The translations under genes were made by a program, and so were the position numbers. A stretch of 64,000 nucleotides of DNA, from NCBI RefSeq assembly GCF_030144855.1, contig NC_082721.1, forward strand, positions 43,462,001 to 43,526,000. The letters are read 5' to 3'. The notes beneath the pieces were generated by a model. It was not told the DNA's origin and did no database searches. It was given only the letters and a program-made list of their open reading frames with translations. Source of the DNA: Hypanus sabinus (Eukaryota). Positions 1 through 12,103 of this stretch are shown piece after piece. Each line of letters begins with the position of its first letter. The stretch's first letter is position 1.

Positions 1-367
1 AGGTAGCAGGTCTCTGGCTATGTTCTGGGATAGCAAATAACCATTGAAGTTTCATCATTAATAACTGTGAGTCATTCTCCTTGAGTAGCATAACAGCATG
101 CCTGATGTCAGAAGCCATGATAAAGACATGAATGGCACTTTTCATGTTGTAGGCATTACCAAGATTCACCAGTCTTTTCTTTCCTCTATCCAGTCTTGCA
201 GCAAGTCTTGAGTACAAAGATTCCAATGCATTTTTGTGACATTCTGATTCAGAGGCTGATATAGTTTTTCCTCACTTGGAATTGGAAAATCCTTTATTGT
301 GTCTGTGACAGTTTCATTTCGAGCAGGGAAGCGTGAAATCCAGATCACACAGAATACCAAATTAGCT
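1..367 (-). pseudogene. USP35: USP35-like intronless pseudogene fragment, copy 1 (runs off window start)
   Basis: Minus-strand translation gives LANLVFCVIWISRFPARNETVTDTIKDFPIPSEEK, then after a frameshift NALESLYSRLAARLDRGKKRLVNLGNAYNMKSAIHVFIMASDIRHAVMLLKENDSQLLMMKLQWLFAIPEHSQRPA. This matches recalled USP35 (..FPGFPDLYEPVMEAIKD..GLINLGNTCY..ALFMASDFRHCVL..QPLMTKLQWLF..EHSQRPAISP). Catalytic Cys box reads GNAYN. Homology is cut at ~368 by a Rex1 fragment. Confidence 0.8.
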
Positions 368-1560
368 AGGCACTCTGTCTGAGCTAGCTGCCTTACTCGC
401 ATTCACTTTCCTTAGGGTGGATCTCACCTGCTGTTGCTTAAAGACCAGCGTAGACTCATCGTCAGGCGCGTGATTAGTGGAGCAGCCTCCTTCCTCTGAG
501 TATCAAAGTGCGCAAAGAACTGGTTTAGGACATCAGGCAGTGTGGCGTCATCATCTGGCAGCAGATTATTGGTTTTGTAGTCTGTCATCGTGTCAGGGTC
601 CGGTTCAGTCCGGAATCTACGTTCCGGGTCTCGATCTGGTCCGGAGACTCCAGACGCCGGGTCTTGCAGCTGTCCCTCCCGGCCCCTTTGAGCCTGGATG
701 ACTCAAAGATCATCCCGTATCAAGGAGGCACACCTGTGGCCAATTCGGCTGCAGGTGTTTAAAAGGGGCCGTGGGACGGAGACTGGGCGGGTGGTCATTT
801 TGTTCTGCATCCTGTTAGCTCTGAAGCTGGTTTATCAACTCCTTGTCTGCTCTGAAGTTGGTTCGTTTGCTCCAAATCCTGCTCCGTATCCTGCCTTTTG
901 CCTGTTCTGCAACCGGCTCTCTATTCCGCTCTGCAAACCACTCTGTACCTGTTTTACCCAGTTCGTCATGCTTTTCCTGCTCCTCTCGGGTGTGCTGGCC
1001 CCGCCGTCCCGTCGTCTTCGTCTTGCGCGGGCTTTCAGTTGCCTTGACCAATGTACCCGGTGGATCACTGTAGTTCTGCTGCTCACCCTGGACCCAGCTT
1101 CCTCCAGATAACTTGTCTCTGTTGGGTGGGTCCTGCGGGACTGCCACTGCCCGGCGGGGGTTCTACCCCTTCCTACCCGTTTCTTCCGTCGGGCATGTCC
1201 GGCCGGACTGCCGCTGCCCTGCGGGGGTTCTGCCCCTTCCACCTATTGCTCCCTAAGGGTTGTGCCCCGCACCTGCCCAGGAGTCCGTGACTGGACCTGG
1301 CATCTGTGTTTTCTGCCTGGGAGGCGGTCCTGCCTGGGATCCATGAGGCCTGCCATGAGGGATCTGCCTGCCCCGAACTCTGGGATCCTCCTGCCTGCCT
1401 CGTCTGAACTCTTGGATCCAGCCCCGCCTGCATTAACCCTTAAATGCCATGGCATCCCCATCTTGTCCACCCCCTAGTACTTCAGTTTCTGCGTTTGGGT
1501 CTATCCGGCCACCGTTCCTGACACATCGTCTTGATGCCTTTCCACATCCTGTGGGGGTTG
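368..1560 (-). mobile_element. Rex1/Babar-like LINE fragment, interrupted by a solo LTR
   Basis: Joining across the LTR gives minus-strand MWKGIKTMTDYKTNNLLPDDDATLPDVLNQFFAHFDTQR, then QQVRSTLRKVNASKAASSDRV, typical of the Rex1 pre-RT region. Confidence 0.65.
591..1523. mobile_element. Solo LTR (933 bp) with 5-bp TSD
   Basis: Termini TGTCAGG (591) and CCTGACA (1523) are a perfect 7-bp inverted repeat. Flanked by CATCG at 586-590 and 1524-1528. GC-rich, with internal short degenerate repeats. Confidence 0.8.
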
Positions 1561-2699
1561 TTGTTGTTATCAAACTAATTTTCAATGTGCAATTTGTATT
1601 TGAGCTTTGCATCGAAGGAAAATTTGGAGCATCTCTCTGACACCACCTCTTACATCAATGGTGAGGCAAAAGGTCTATGTTGTTTTGAACACCAACTCCA
1701 GATGTGATCAAAGTAATACAGAAATGTTTAATTTCTTACATAAACACACATGCACACATACACACACTACTTTTATATTTAACAGTTCAGTTCTCTGTCA
1801 CGTTGGTGATATCTTGTGATCCTGAGGCCACAGGCTCATTAGGTTCAAGTGTGTACTATTTTTAAAAATAACTCACTGACTTAGACTACTATATTTGCAA
1901 TATACCTTCAGAATATGCTGTAACAGGAAGGAATATCACACAAGTACCTGCCAATAAGATCTGAACTGGCACTTGGCTACCAAAGGAACAATGGATAGAT
2001 TGATACAGAATGGACAAAAGTGTGCTGTCTGGAGCTTTTTGAAGTGAGGTCCAGTATTGCTCGGGGAGGTGCAATCTTCCAGTCAGTGATGTGTCATAAA
2101 TTCAAGCAGGTAGGTTTCCACATAAACATTGATTTGGGAGAAGAAGTAAATGACTCAGCCCTTCCATCCTGCTCTGCCATTGATTCACATTGTGGCTGAT
2201 CTTATTGTAACCTTAATGTCCCATTACTCCATTTTCCAAATAAACGTTTACATGTTCATTGTTTAAAAATATGAATTCATTTTACTTCCACAGACCCTTA
2301 AGAAAAATAGTTTCAAAAGATTTATTGCGCTCTCAGAGAAACAAGCAAAGCTTCACATCTGTCCTAAATACGCTGCTCCTGATTTTTAAACACTGACACT
2401 ATGATCAAGATGCTCTAATGAGAAGAAACATCCTGTCCATAGCCTCCCTGCTGAGACCATCAGGAGCTGATGATCCAATCAATTTCCCTCTCAGTTTTCA
2501 AAATTCCAGTGGGCCCAGGCCTCCTTTTCCCTCACACCATGGCATACATAACAGAGAACTGAATCCAATAAAAGGAAAGAAAGGAGACAGGAAGCAGGGA
2601 TCCTCCTTTCAACTAACAAAGATACAGAAGAGGAATATTACGTATTGAATTAGACATAGATGATAAGCATGTGCTTATTCGTATTAGTTAGCCGTGGAT

Positions 2700-4184
2700 T
2701 GGTGCCGGGCTGAACTTGCATCACAAATTGACTGTGGTCTTTGGAGTGGGACAAAAATGATTGATGAGGTTAGTGTTGTGGATGTTTTTTAAATAACTTT
2801 TAGAACAGCATTTGGCAAGATTTGGCAAGCTTCTCAGGCAGCCTGATTCAGAAAACTGATTCACTTTGTATCCATGATAACTTAATTCATGGGATTTAAT
2901 ATTGGTTGGCCATAGATGACAGAGGGTAGCAATGGAGAGGAAATATCCACTTTGGAGGGCCATCACTAGTGGTCCACAGGAATCAGTTCTGGGACATCTA
3001 TTTCTTTACGATTACAGAAAAAGACATAGATCAAGTACAGAGTGGCTGATTTGTAGGGTTACTGATGGGAAAAGAAACATAGAGATTGTTTGCAGTACCC
3101 CAATGTGATCTCACCAGGGCTCCTTTCAACAGAAACACAGATTGCTGTATTCCGATAGTCTGCCTGGTCCCGATAAACACCCTGACCAGGACTACAACCA
3201 GGGTTCTGAAAGGTGTACAAACGTTTGTAGTTAAGAAGACTGTTGGGTTGAAGCATTAGTTGTGATCTTTCAAGAATCATTAGATTCCAGAATACTTTCA
3301 GAGGAATGGACAATTGCAAATGTAACTCCACTCTTTAAGAAGGGAAGGATGCAAAGGGCAGGAAAGTACATGATGGTTAGTCTAACTTCAGTGGCTTGCA
3401 AGATGTTAGATTTCATTCTTAAAAATGAGATTTTGTAGTACTTGCAGTCTCATGATAACAGAGAGCTAAGTCATTATGGTTTCCTAAAATTGATACCGTG
3501 ACTAAAAGATCTGTTTGAGGAAATAACAGGCAGGATAATCAAAGGAGAGTAAGTGTAAGTTGTTTTAAATTATATATTCAGAAGCTCTGAGAAGAGGTCA
3601 ATGTTGGGACCACTACTTTTCATGTTTTATGTCAATGATATAGATGATGAAATTGATAGCTGTATGGCTAAGTTTGTGGATGATACAAAGACATGTGGAG
3701 AGGCATGAAGTGCTGAGAAAGTAGGGAGTATGCAGAAGGACTTGGAAAGATTAGGAAAATGGGCAGAGAAGGAGTAGATTGAAGACAGTGTAAGGACGTG
3801 TAAGGTCATGCATGCATGTGGACTATTTTCTTACCAGGGAATCAATCCTGAAATCATAGGTGCAAAGAGACTTGGGAGATCTAGTGCAGTTAACTGTAAT
3901 GGTTGACTTACAGGTTGAGTCAGTAATTTTGAAAGTAAATTGAGAGGACTACGATGTAAAGGCAAGATATAATGCTAAGGATTCATAAAGCATTGGGTCA
4001 GACTGCACAAGGAGTACTCTGAGCAGTCTTATCTGGAAATGAAAATGCTGGCGTTGGAGAGGAGTTTCACGAGAATGATCTCTGGAATGAAATGATTAAC
4101 ATATGAGGAATGATTCATGTTTCTGGATCTGTACTCACTGGAGTTCAGAAGAATAGATTGGATTTCATTGAAAGCTATCAAATA
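2700..4184 (+). mobile_element. Degenerate rearranged CR1-type LINE (continues at 10480-10760 after the L1 insertion)
   Basis: CR1 RT-like pieces (attgcaaatgtaactccactctttaagaaggg; aagtttgtggatgatacaaag; ggagttcagaagaat). The sequence rejoins as ..gaaagctatcaaata|atgaatgccctagtagaatggac.. once the L1 is removed. Confidence 0.7.
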
Positions 4185-4358
4185 GGGGGGTGGAGTTTCA
4201 AGATGGCGGCGTAAGCATCTGCCTTTTAGGCGCTCTTTATTTTTTTAACTATAATCACCCTTTAATTAGACCTTTTCGAACTTAATCATATGAGTTGCTA
4301 CCTTTGATTGACCCTTTTTTCCTAAAATAATAGTTGATCTAATCTTGTCAAACCTAAA

Positions 4359-5225
4359 ATGGCTACAAGTAAGAAATCGGCTAAGGATCCTGTATCCATC
4401 GACGCAATTGTTGGTCTTTTGGACACTAAACTGGATGTTAAATTTGCGGCTATGGAAAGTAAATTGGACAATAAACTGGATGCTAAATTTGCGGCTCTGG
4501 AAGGCAGACTAGAAGGTAAATTGGACAGTAAACTGTTAAGTTTGGAAAGGAGGATTACTTCGAAAATATCCGATCTTGAAGGAGTTGTTAAATCGCTTGA
4601 AACTAAGTTTCAGTCGCAGGCGTTAGAGGTTCAACAGCATGGAAATAAGATCACGACTCTTGAACAATCAATTTGTGAAAAAGCACGTACAATTGAAGTG
4701 TTAGAGAAGAAGATAGAGTCGACTGCTAAAACTTTAGATCAGTACAAGTTTAAAATTACTGATCTTGAAAATCGTTCTCGCAGACAGAATTTGCGCATCA
4801 TCGGAATTCCCGAAAAAGTTGAGTCCGGTGATTTAACTGAATTTTTCTCTAAATTACTGTGGGAAATTTTCGGTGGTGAAGGTTTGAAAAATGAACCTGT
4901 TATTGACCGCGCTCATAGAGTTGCGAGGCTTTCGTCTGTGTCTGATAAACCACGAGCGGTGATTGTTCGCCTTCATTATCCTCGTGAGAAAGAGCTTCTA
5001 ATTCGATTAGCTCGTAAAAAAGGTATGATCTCCTACAGAAATTATTCATTTCGAATAGTTGAAGACTATTCGTATGAAGTAATGAAAGCCAGGATCGCTT
5101 TTAAACCAGTGATGGCAGAGATTCATTCGATTGGATTTAAACAAGCTTTAATGTATCCAGCGAAACTTAGAATGGTGCTGCCCGACAACAGTCTACACTT
5201 TTTTATCACTCCTGAAGAAGCGTAG
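4359..5225 (+). CDS. L1 ORF1p (coiled coil + RRM + CTD), intact 288 aa
   Basis: Coiled-coil heptads, then DLENRSRRQNLRIIGIPE, IDRAHRV, PRAVIVRLH and YPAKL motifs of the L1 transposase_22-type ORF1. Confidence 0.92.
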   Translation: MATSKKSAKDPVSIDAIVGLLDTKLDVKFAAMESKLDNKLDAKFAALEGRLEGKLDSKLLSLERRITSKISDLEGVVKSLETKFQSQALEVQQHGNKITTLEQSICEKARTIEVLEKKIESTAKTLDQYKFKITDLENRSRRQNLRIIGIPEKVESGDLTEFFSKLLWEIFGGEGLKNEPVIDRAHRVARLSSVSDKPRAVIVRLHYPREKELLIRLARKKGMISYRNYSFRIVEDYSYEVMKARIAFKPVMAEIHSIGFKQALMYPAKLRMVLPDNSLHFFITPEEA

Positions 5226-6269
5226 AAATTTGTTGAAGAATATCGATCCTCTAGTGCAACTTGAACTATGAGTTACATTGAAGATTTTTTTTTGGAGAGA
5301 GGATGTTATTTCATTTTAAGTTTTAACCCTGGAAGTTGGGTTATAACTTCTTATTTTGAACTATGGGTCTGGGTCTTTTTTTTTACTACTATTATTATTG
5401 CTTATAGATGCTGTTTTAATTTTTATAATATCCTTTTTTTATATACGTTTGTATTTTGTAATAATGAATTATTTTTTTTTCAAAATGTCGTTTCTTCTTC
5501 CCATAAGTCTTTACTTTTTATAAGCGTTTATTTGCTTGCCTGTATTTAGAAATGGAACAAAGGTTTTGAATTCTTTTTCTTTAGTTTTTTTTTTAAATAT
5601 GTTGTAGTGTCTATTAAATCTTTTTTTTTTATAAAAATATTCTATTTTGATAACTTTTTTACTATATTTTCTTATTAGATTGCTGAATTTATATTCATAT
5701 TTTGTAATATGGCTTTCTCAAAATGTCGTTTCTTCTTCCCATAAGTCTTGGCTTGTGAAACGTCATCTTTGTATCTGAATATGGAATTTCTTTTTTAAAG
5801 GTGTATCACATTTTTAAACTTTAATGTGCATTTTTTTTTATTAATGATCTTTCTGGTTTTACTATTTTAGTTTTTTTTTGATTTGTCTGATATGGGTGTG
5901 TATGTGTATGTGTATATATATATATATATATATGTAGGTATATATATATATATATATTTTTTTTTTGCAACTCTATATTTTAATTGGGGTGTTATATAGT
6001 TTTTTCTTAAAAAATTTTCTTATGGAGCTGCCATCTTGAAATGGGGGTAATATTAGTATTAGTTTATGCGCCTGCCGCTTGGCTTTCTTTCAAAGGGTGG
6101 GGGGAGGGGGGAGGGATCTTTTTTCATGCTTTTGCTTTTTATTTTTTTGCTTTTAGTTTATGGGCTGACTTTAAATTGTTAATATTGTTGAGGTGTCAGG
6201 ATCTCCGGTTGCTCCTGAATCAATTTTCCTTCTTCCTAAATTGTGGGTTATGTGTCTTTTTAACCTTTT

Positions 6270-9200
6270 ATGATACACACAATTAATATTGGTATGATGG
6301 ATAAATCTATTAACTTTATCTCGTGGAATACTAATGGTTTAAATCATCCGATTAAACGTAAAAAAATATTTAAAGTATTCCATAGATTGAACGCTAATAT
6401 TATTTTTGTACAGGAGACCCACATTAGGAGGGAGGATAATCAACGTTTTTTTAGGTTCTGGAAAGGTCAACAATTTCACTCAAATTGTACCGCTAAAATT
6501 AGGGGTGTGTCTATTTTTATAGACGCCTCAATTTCGTTTACACATTATGAAATTATTTCTGATCCACAGGGTAGATTTTTGTTGATAACTGGTTCACTTT
6601 TTAATCGGAAAGTAGTTTTAGTTAATATTTATGCTCCAAACTTTGATTGTCCTGAATTTTTTAAACGTTTATTTACTTCTCTTCCTAATTTGAATGAATA
6701 TATGTTGATTATGGGTGGAGACTTTAATTGTTGTTTGAATCCTTCGATGGATAGATCTAAACCTATTCGAACTCTTCCGAATAGATCAGCTTTACTTATT
6801 AATTCTTTTATGGTTGATTCTGGAATTACTGAAATATGGCGGTTTTTGAATCCTAAAGGTAAAGAATTTTCATTTTTTTCACATGTATATCATAGTTATT
6901 CTAGAATTGATTACTTTCTTATTGATCATCGTTTAATAACAGATGTTATTGATTGTAAATACGATTCTATTGCTATTTCGGATCATGCGCCTTTGAAGTT
7001 ATCTATCAAGATTTCGGATTCTTCTATCAATACTAGATCTTGGAGACTTAATGCTACTTTACTTCAAGATCCAGAATTTATTACCTTCATAAAACAACAA
7101 ATTGACTTATTTTTTTCAACAAACTATAATGAAGAGATTGATAAAGGAATACTTTGGGACTCTTTCAAGGCTTTTATTCGTGGACAAATTATTTCATATT
7201 CCGCTGGTAAAAGAAAACAAAGATATTCAGATATAGCTTTATTGGTGGATAAAATTAAAGAAATTGATAAGATTTATTCCGTTACTCCTACCAAAGAACT
7301 TTATAAGAAGAGAGTTGAGCTTCAAATGGAACATAGTTTATTATTATCTTCTTCAATTGAGAATCAATTAATTAAGACTAGGGCTCAATTTTATATTCAT
7401 AGTGATCGAACTGGTAAATTGTTAGCTAATCAATTAAAAGCTATTTCGACTAAGCGACAAATTATTAAAATTCGTAAACAAGACGGTAATTTAACTACTG
7501 ATTATAAAGAAATCAATAACACTTTTCAAGATTTTTATAAATCTTTATATCAATCAGAATTTGACGGTGACCGGTTTACGATGGATAATTTTTTTAATAA
7601 TTTGAATATTTCTAAACTGATAGATGAAGATTGTAGCTTGCTTGATGCTCCTATTTCTATGGATGAAATAAGAGAGGCTATCTCATCAATGAATTCAGGG
7701 AAAGCTCCTGGTCCTGATGGTTTTATTGTAGAATTTTTTAAAACTTTTTCTTTATTGCTTTCTCCTTGGCTATGTGAAATCTTTAATGATGCGTTTGTTA
7801 AGAAGAGATTACCTCAATCGTTTTATGAAGCTACTATCTCTTTAATTCTTAAAAAAGATAAAGATCCTACCTTATGTGCATCTTATCGCCCTATATCATT
7901 ATTAAATGTAGACTCTAAGATTCTTACAAAAATTTTAGCCATTAGATTAGAAAAGGTATTACCACAGATTATTTCAGAAGATCAAACTGGTTTTATTAGG
8001 AATCGATATTCCTTTTTTAATATTAGAAAATTGATTAACATAATTTATACTTCATCACCTACAACCCCAGAATGTGTTATCTCATTAGATGCTGAAAAAG
8101 CCTTTGATAGAGTTGAATGGACATATTTATTTAATGCATTGAGAAACTTTAATTTTAGTCCTAATTTTATATCATGGATTAAATTAATATATTATAAACC
8201 TGTTGCTTCTGTTCTTACAAATAATTATAGATCCTCTTTTTTTCAATTATCTCGTGGTATGAGACAAGGTTGTCCTTTAAGTCCTTTATTATTTAATATT
8301 GCATTAGAACCTTTAGCTATTGCTATTCGTGAGTCTCCTAATATTTTTGGTATTACCCGTAATGAGAAGTTATACAAATTATCGCTTTATGCTGATGATT
8401 TGTTGTTATATATTTCTAATCCTAGTAGGTCTATTCCTGCTATTTTATCCTTGTTGGCTCAATTTGGTAGTTTTTCTGGTTATAAGTTAAACTTAGATAA
8501 GAGTGAGTTATTCCCTTTAAACGCGCAAACTTTATTGAGTGATAGGATGCCATTTAAAGTTGTTACTGATAACTTTATCTATTTAGGTATAAAAATCACC
8601 AAGAAATATAAAGATTTATTTGGACTGAATTTTTTACCTATGCTTCATCAAATTCAGCAACTTACTACTAGATGGTCTCCCTTATTTTTATCATTAGTTG
8701 GTCGGATTAATGCTATTAAAATGATGATTTTACCGAAATTTTTATATTTATTCCAAGCTTTACCAATTTTTATTCCTAAATCTTTTTTTGATAATATTGA
8801 TTCAAAGATTTCCTCATTTGTTTGGCAAAATAAAAATCCTAGGTTAAGCAAAAGGCAATTACAAAAGTCTAAAAAAGATGGTGGTCTAGCTTTACCTAAC
8901 TTTAGATTTTATTATTGGGCGAATAATATTCGTAACCTAATGTACTGGAAACTAGATTTGGATTCACCTGTGTGCCCACAGTGAGTAAATTTGGAATGTA
9001 GTGAGGTTAAGGAATATTCTATATTTTCCGTTCTTGGTTCTTTTCTTCCTATTGATTTAGCCAAATTCAATAAACAGATATCTAACCCTGTTGTTAAACA
9101 TACACTACGAATTTGGTTTCAATTTCGCAAATTCTTTAATCTGAAAAACTTTGCTCTGGACAGCCCTATTTTATGTAATTTTTTTTTCAAACCTTCATTG

Positions 9201-10079
9201 ACAGATCAAGCTTTTAGTATATGGAAAAGGAAAGGTATAAAATGTTTTCGTGATCTTTTTTTTGAAGGTACTTTGATGTCTTTTGATCAACTATCCAACA
9301 AATTTGAATTACCTAAATCTAATTTTTTTAGATATTTACAAATTAGAAATTTCTTACATAAAATTCTTCCATCTTTTCCTAATTCAACTCCATCGGATTT
9401 TTCAGATTTGATTTTTACTTTTAATCCTTGTCAGAAGGGATTAGTAGCTTTTATTTATAACATGATTATGAAGATACAGCCAGAAATATCGGATAGAATT
9501 AGACAAGAATGGGAAAAAGAACTTCGATGTAATATATCAACAGATAAATGGGAAAAAATTTTACAAATGGTTAATTCCTCCTCTATTTGTGCTAAACATG
9601 CTTTAATACAATTTAAAATTGTACATAGAGCTTATATGTCTAAAGATAAACTTGCCCGATTTTATTCGCATATTAATCCTCAATGTGACAGATGTCACTT
9701 AGAAGTGGCTTCATTGACTCACATGTTTTGGACATGTCCCACTTTACATAACTATTGGAAGGACATTTTTGATGTCATTTCCTCAGTATGGAATATCGAT
9801 TTACAACCCCATTTTATTACTGCAATTTTCGGTATACCAAATGAAGATGGCAATCAGCTTTCCCCTTCAATCAGACGAATGATTGCTTTTGTAACATTAA
9901 TTGCCAGAAGGTCTATATTACAAAACTGGAAAGAAGTAAATCCTCCTACTACATTTCAGTGGTTCTCCCAAACTATTTCTTATCTGAGTTTGGAAAAAAT
10001 CAGAAGCACTATCTTTGATTCTTCAATTAAATTTGAAGAAACCTGGGGACCATTTATTCGACACTTTCATATGAATTAA
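6270..10079 (+). pseudogene. L1 ORF2p (APE endonuclease, RT, CCHC) with a single in-frame stop at 8982-8984
   Basis: EN motifs SWNTNGL, QETH, GGDFN, SDH. RT motifs KAPGPDGF, DAEKAFDRVEW, QGCPLSPLLF, LYADD. C-terminal CDRC..HMFWTC. The track ORFs 6270-8984 and 8991-10079 are in the same frame, separated only by TGA in PQ*VNLEC. Confidence 0.93.
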
Positions 10080-11560
10080 TTTGGCTTATTTCAGATCCTT
10101 TTCTCTACTTATACTTGTTCAGGTATGGAGTTCTGGAGTTCTTTTCTTGACACCTTTATATATTTATAAAGTGCTATTATTGCCCATGTTAGTTTTAGTT
10201 TAGTATTTTTTTTCATTATATATTTTTTCTCATATATAATTTCAATTTTTTTTTCTTTTTTCGACGATTATTTCTGTTTTTCATATATATTTATATAGAC
10301 TTGATTGATTTATGTACCTTTTGTTGATGGATGTTTTAATAGGATATTATTATCCTATTACTAATGTAATCTCAAGTTTATTGAATCTGTAATCTATTCA
10401 TTATTTTGTGTTGTTTTTTTATATATGAAATTTAATAAAAAGATTGAAAAAGAAAGAAAAGAAAGAAAGCTATCAAATAATGAATGCCCTAGTAGAATGG
10501 ACACAGAGAGGACATTTCCAATCATGGGAGAATCTAGGGCCAGGGACCAGAGCCTCAGAACACAAAGTCTCTCCATTAGAACAGAAATGAGGAGGGATGA
10601 CTTCAGCCAGAGACTGGTGAATATATGGAATTCATTGCCACTGATAGCTGTAAGAGGCTACATTAATGAGTATATTTAAAGCAGAGATTGATAAGGTCTT
10701 GATTAGTAGGGCATCAAAGCTAAGGGGAGAAGGCAGTAGAATGGCAATCAGAAGGGTAATAGATTAATCATGAATAGATGGTATTGAGAAGGAGCATTTA
10801 TCGATCATTGCAGAACATTCTCTGGGACGGGGATGTTTGATGTCAAACAACCATAATATCTTACTTTTGGTGATGTATGATTCTCGTTACTGATATATTT
10901 TCCTCATGATATTACGTATTGATGGAATTTTTGAAAACAAAAAGAGCGCCAATCAGGTTGCTTTACTCGGAACGGAGTTGCACTGAATGGCCTCATTGTT
11001 TTGTTTTGGTAAATTCTACTGTAACGCCACAGGACATTGGAGCAGAAACAGGCCATTCAGCTCATCAAGTCAGCTCCGTCATGGCTGATTTATTATTCCT
11101 CTCAACCCCAGTCTTCTGACTTCTCCCCAAAATGTCATTACTAAATAAGAAACTGTCAACCGCTGTTAAAAAAGGCGTATTTCCGAAGATATTATCCTAA
11201 CGACTTGGGCCCCAGAGCAGTCTCTGGCAATGAGTACCACAGATCCACTATTGTCTGGCTAAAGAAATTCCTGTTCATCTCTGTTCTGAACGAACTGTCT
11301 TGTATTCTGAGATTGTGTCTGACCCTAAATCACCCAGTGACAGTTGAACAGTTAAGTTTATGCTGTAATATTTGATTAAAGACTTTTTCAGCATAATATT
11401 ACTACTTGAATATTCTTTTACCTCTGCAGGGAGCACAAAGGTATCACAAAAGACGGAAGGGCAACTTGGGAAAAGGTCGGTGTGAGATTTCTCTATTTGA
11501 TGGGAATGTTGGAATGGTGGGTCTTGCTCATTGCAGTGTGGGGTTTTGGTGAGTGTAAGC

Positions 11561-12103
11561 ACAAAAATACAACTGCAGATGCTGTGGATCAAGGAATACG
11601 TACACAACACTGGGAGAACTCAGCAGGCCAGGCAGCATCCGTGAGAAAAGAGTAGCCAATGTTTCGGGCCAAGACCGGAGACCATACATGGCCTTCTCTA
11701 CTGCCATGATGAGACCAAACTCAGGTTGGAGCAGCAACACCTCATCTACCATCTGGGTAGCCTCCAACCTGGTGGTATGAACATTGAATTCTCCAATTTC
11801 CGGTAATTCCCTCCCCGTCCGCCTCCCCCTTCCCCTATCCCAGGTCCCTCTCTGCCTCTCTCCCCTTTCAACTTTCTGCTCCTTTATCAGTTCTTTCATG
11901 CTTATCCCCCTCCCCCCTTCCTCTGATTGGTTTTCCACCTGGCTCCTCTAGCCCATCCCCCTCCCCTATCTCTATTACTGGGCTTTGGCCCTCTCTCCTC
12001 CGCCCCATTCCTGATGAAGTGTCTCCGCGGGAAGCATTGGCTACTCTTTTCTCACAGATGCTGCCTGACCTGCTGAGATCTTCCAGCGTTGTGTACGTAT
12101 TTT
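11561..12103 (+). mobile_element. Penelope-like element 3' fragment with inverted pseudo-LTR ends
   Basis: GIY-YIG C-terminal remnant (..LEQQHLIYHLGSLQPGGMNIEFSNFR). Inverted arms: ctgcagatgctg..aactcagcaggccaggcagcatc..gtttcgggcc at the left and ..gatgctgcctgacctgctgag..ttgtgtacgtatt at the right. Confidence 0.75.

Larger units (their letters stand above)
4185..10464 (+). mobile_element. Full-length young L1-clade LINE with 15-bp TSD
   Basis: TSD GAAAGCTATCAAATA at 4170-4184 and 10465-10479. 5' end gggggg..caagatggcggc. Contains ORF1, a ~1 kb AT-rich spacer, ORF2, a T-rich 3' UTR and an A-rich tail (aataaaaagattgaaaaagaaagaaaa). Confidence 0.95.

Noticed and set aside
166-402. 78-aa ORF as a small gene
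   Set aside because: A chimera of the Rex1 fragment and the USP35 remnant, partly out of frame.
698-1477. Cluster of overlapping ORFs on both strands
   Set aside because: GC-rich solo-LTR sequence with few stop codons and no recognisable domains.
5268-6286. Hydrophobic ORFs in the L1 spacer (possible third ORF)
   Set aside because: Low-complexity T-rich translation (Phe/Leu/Ile) with no motif.
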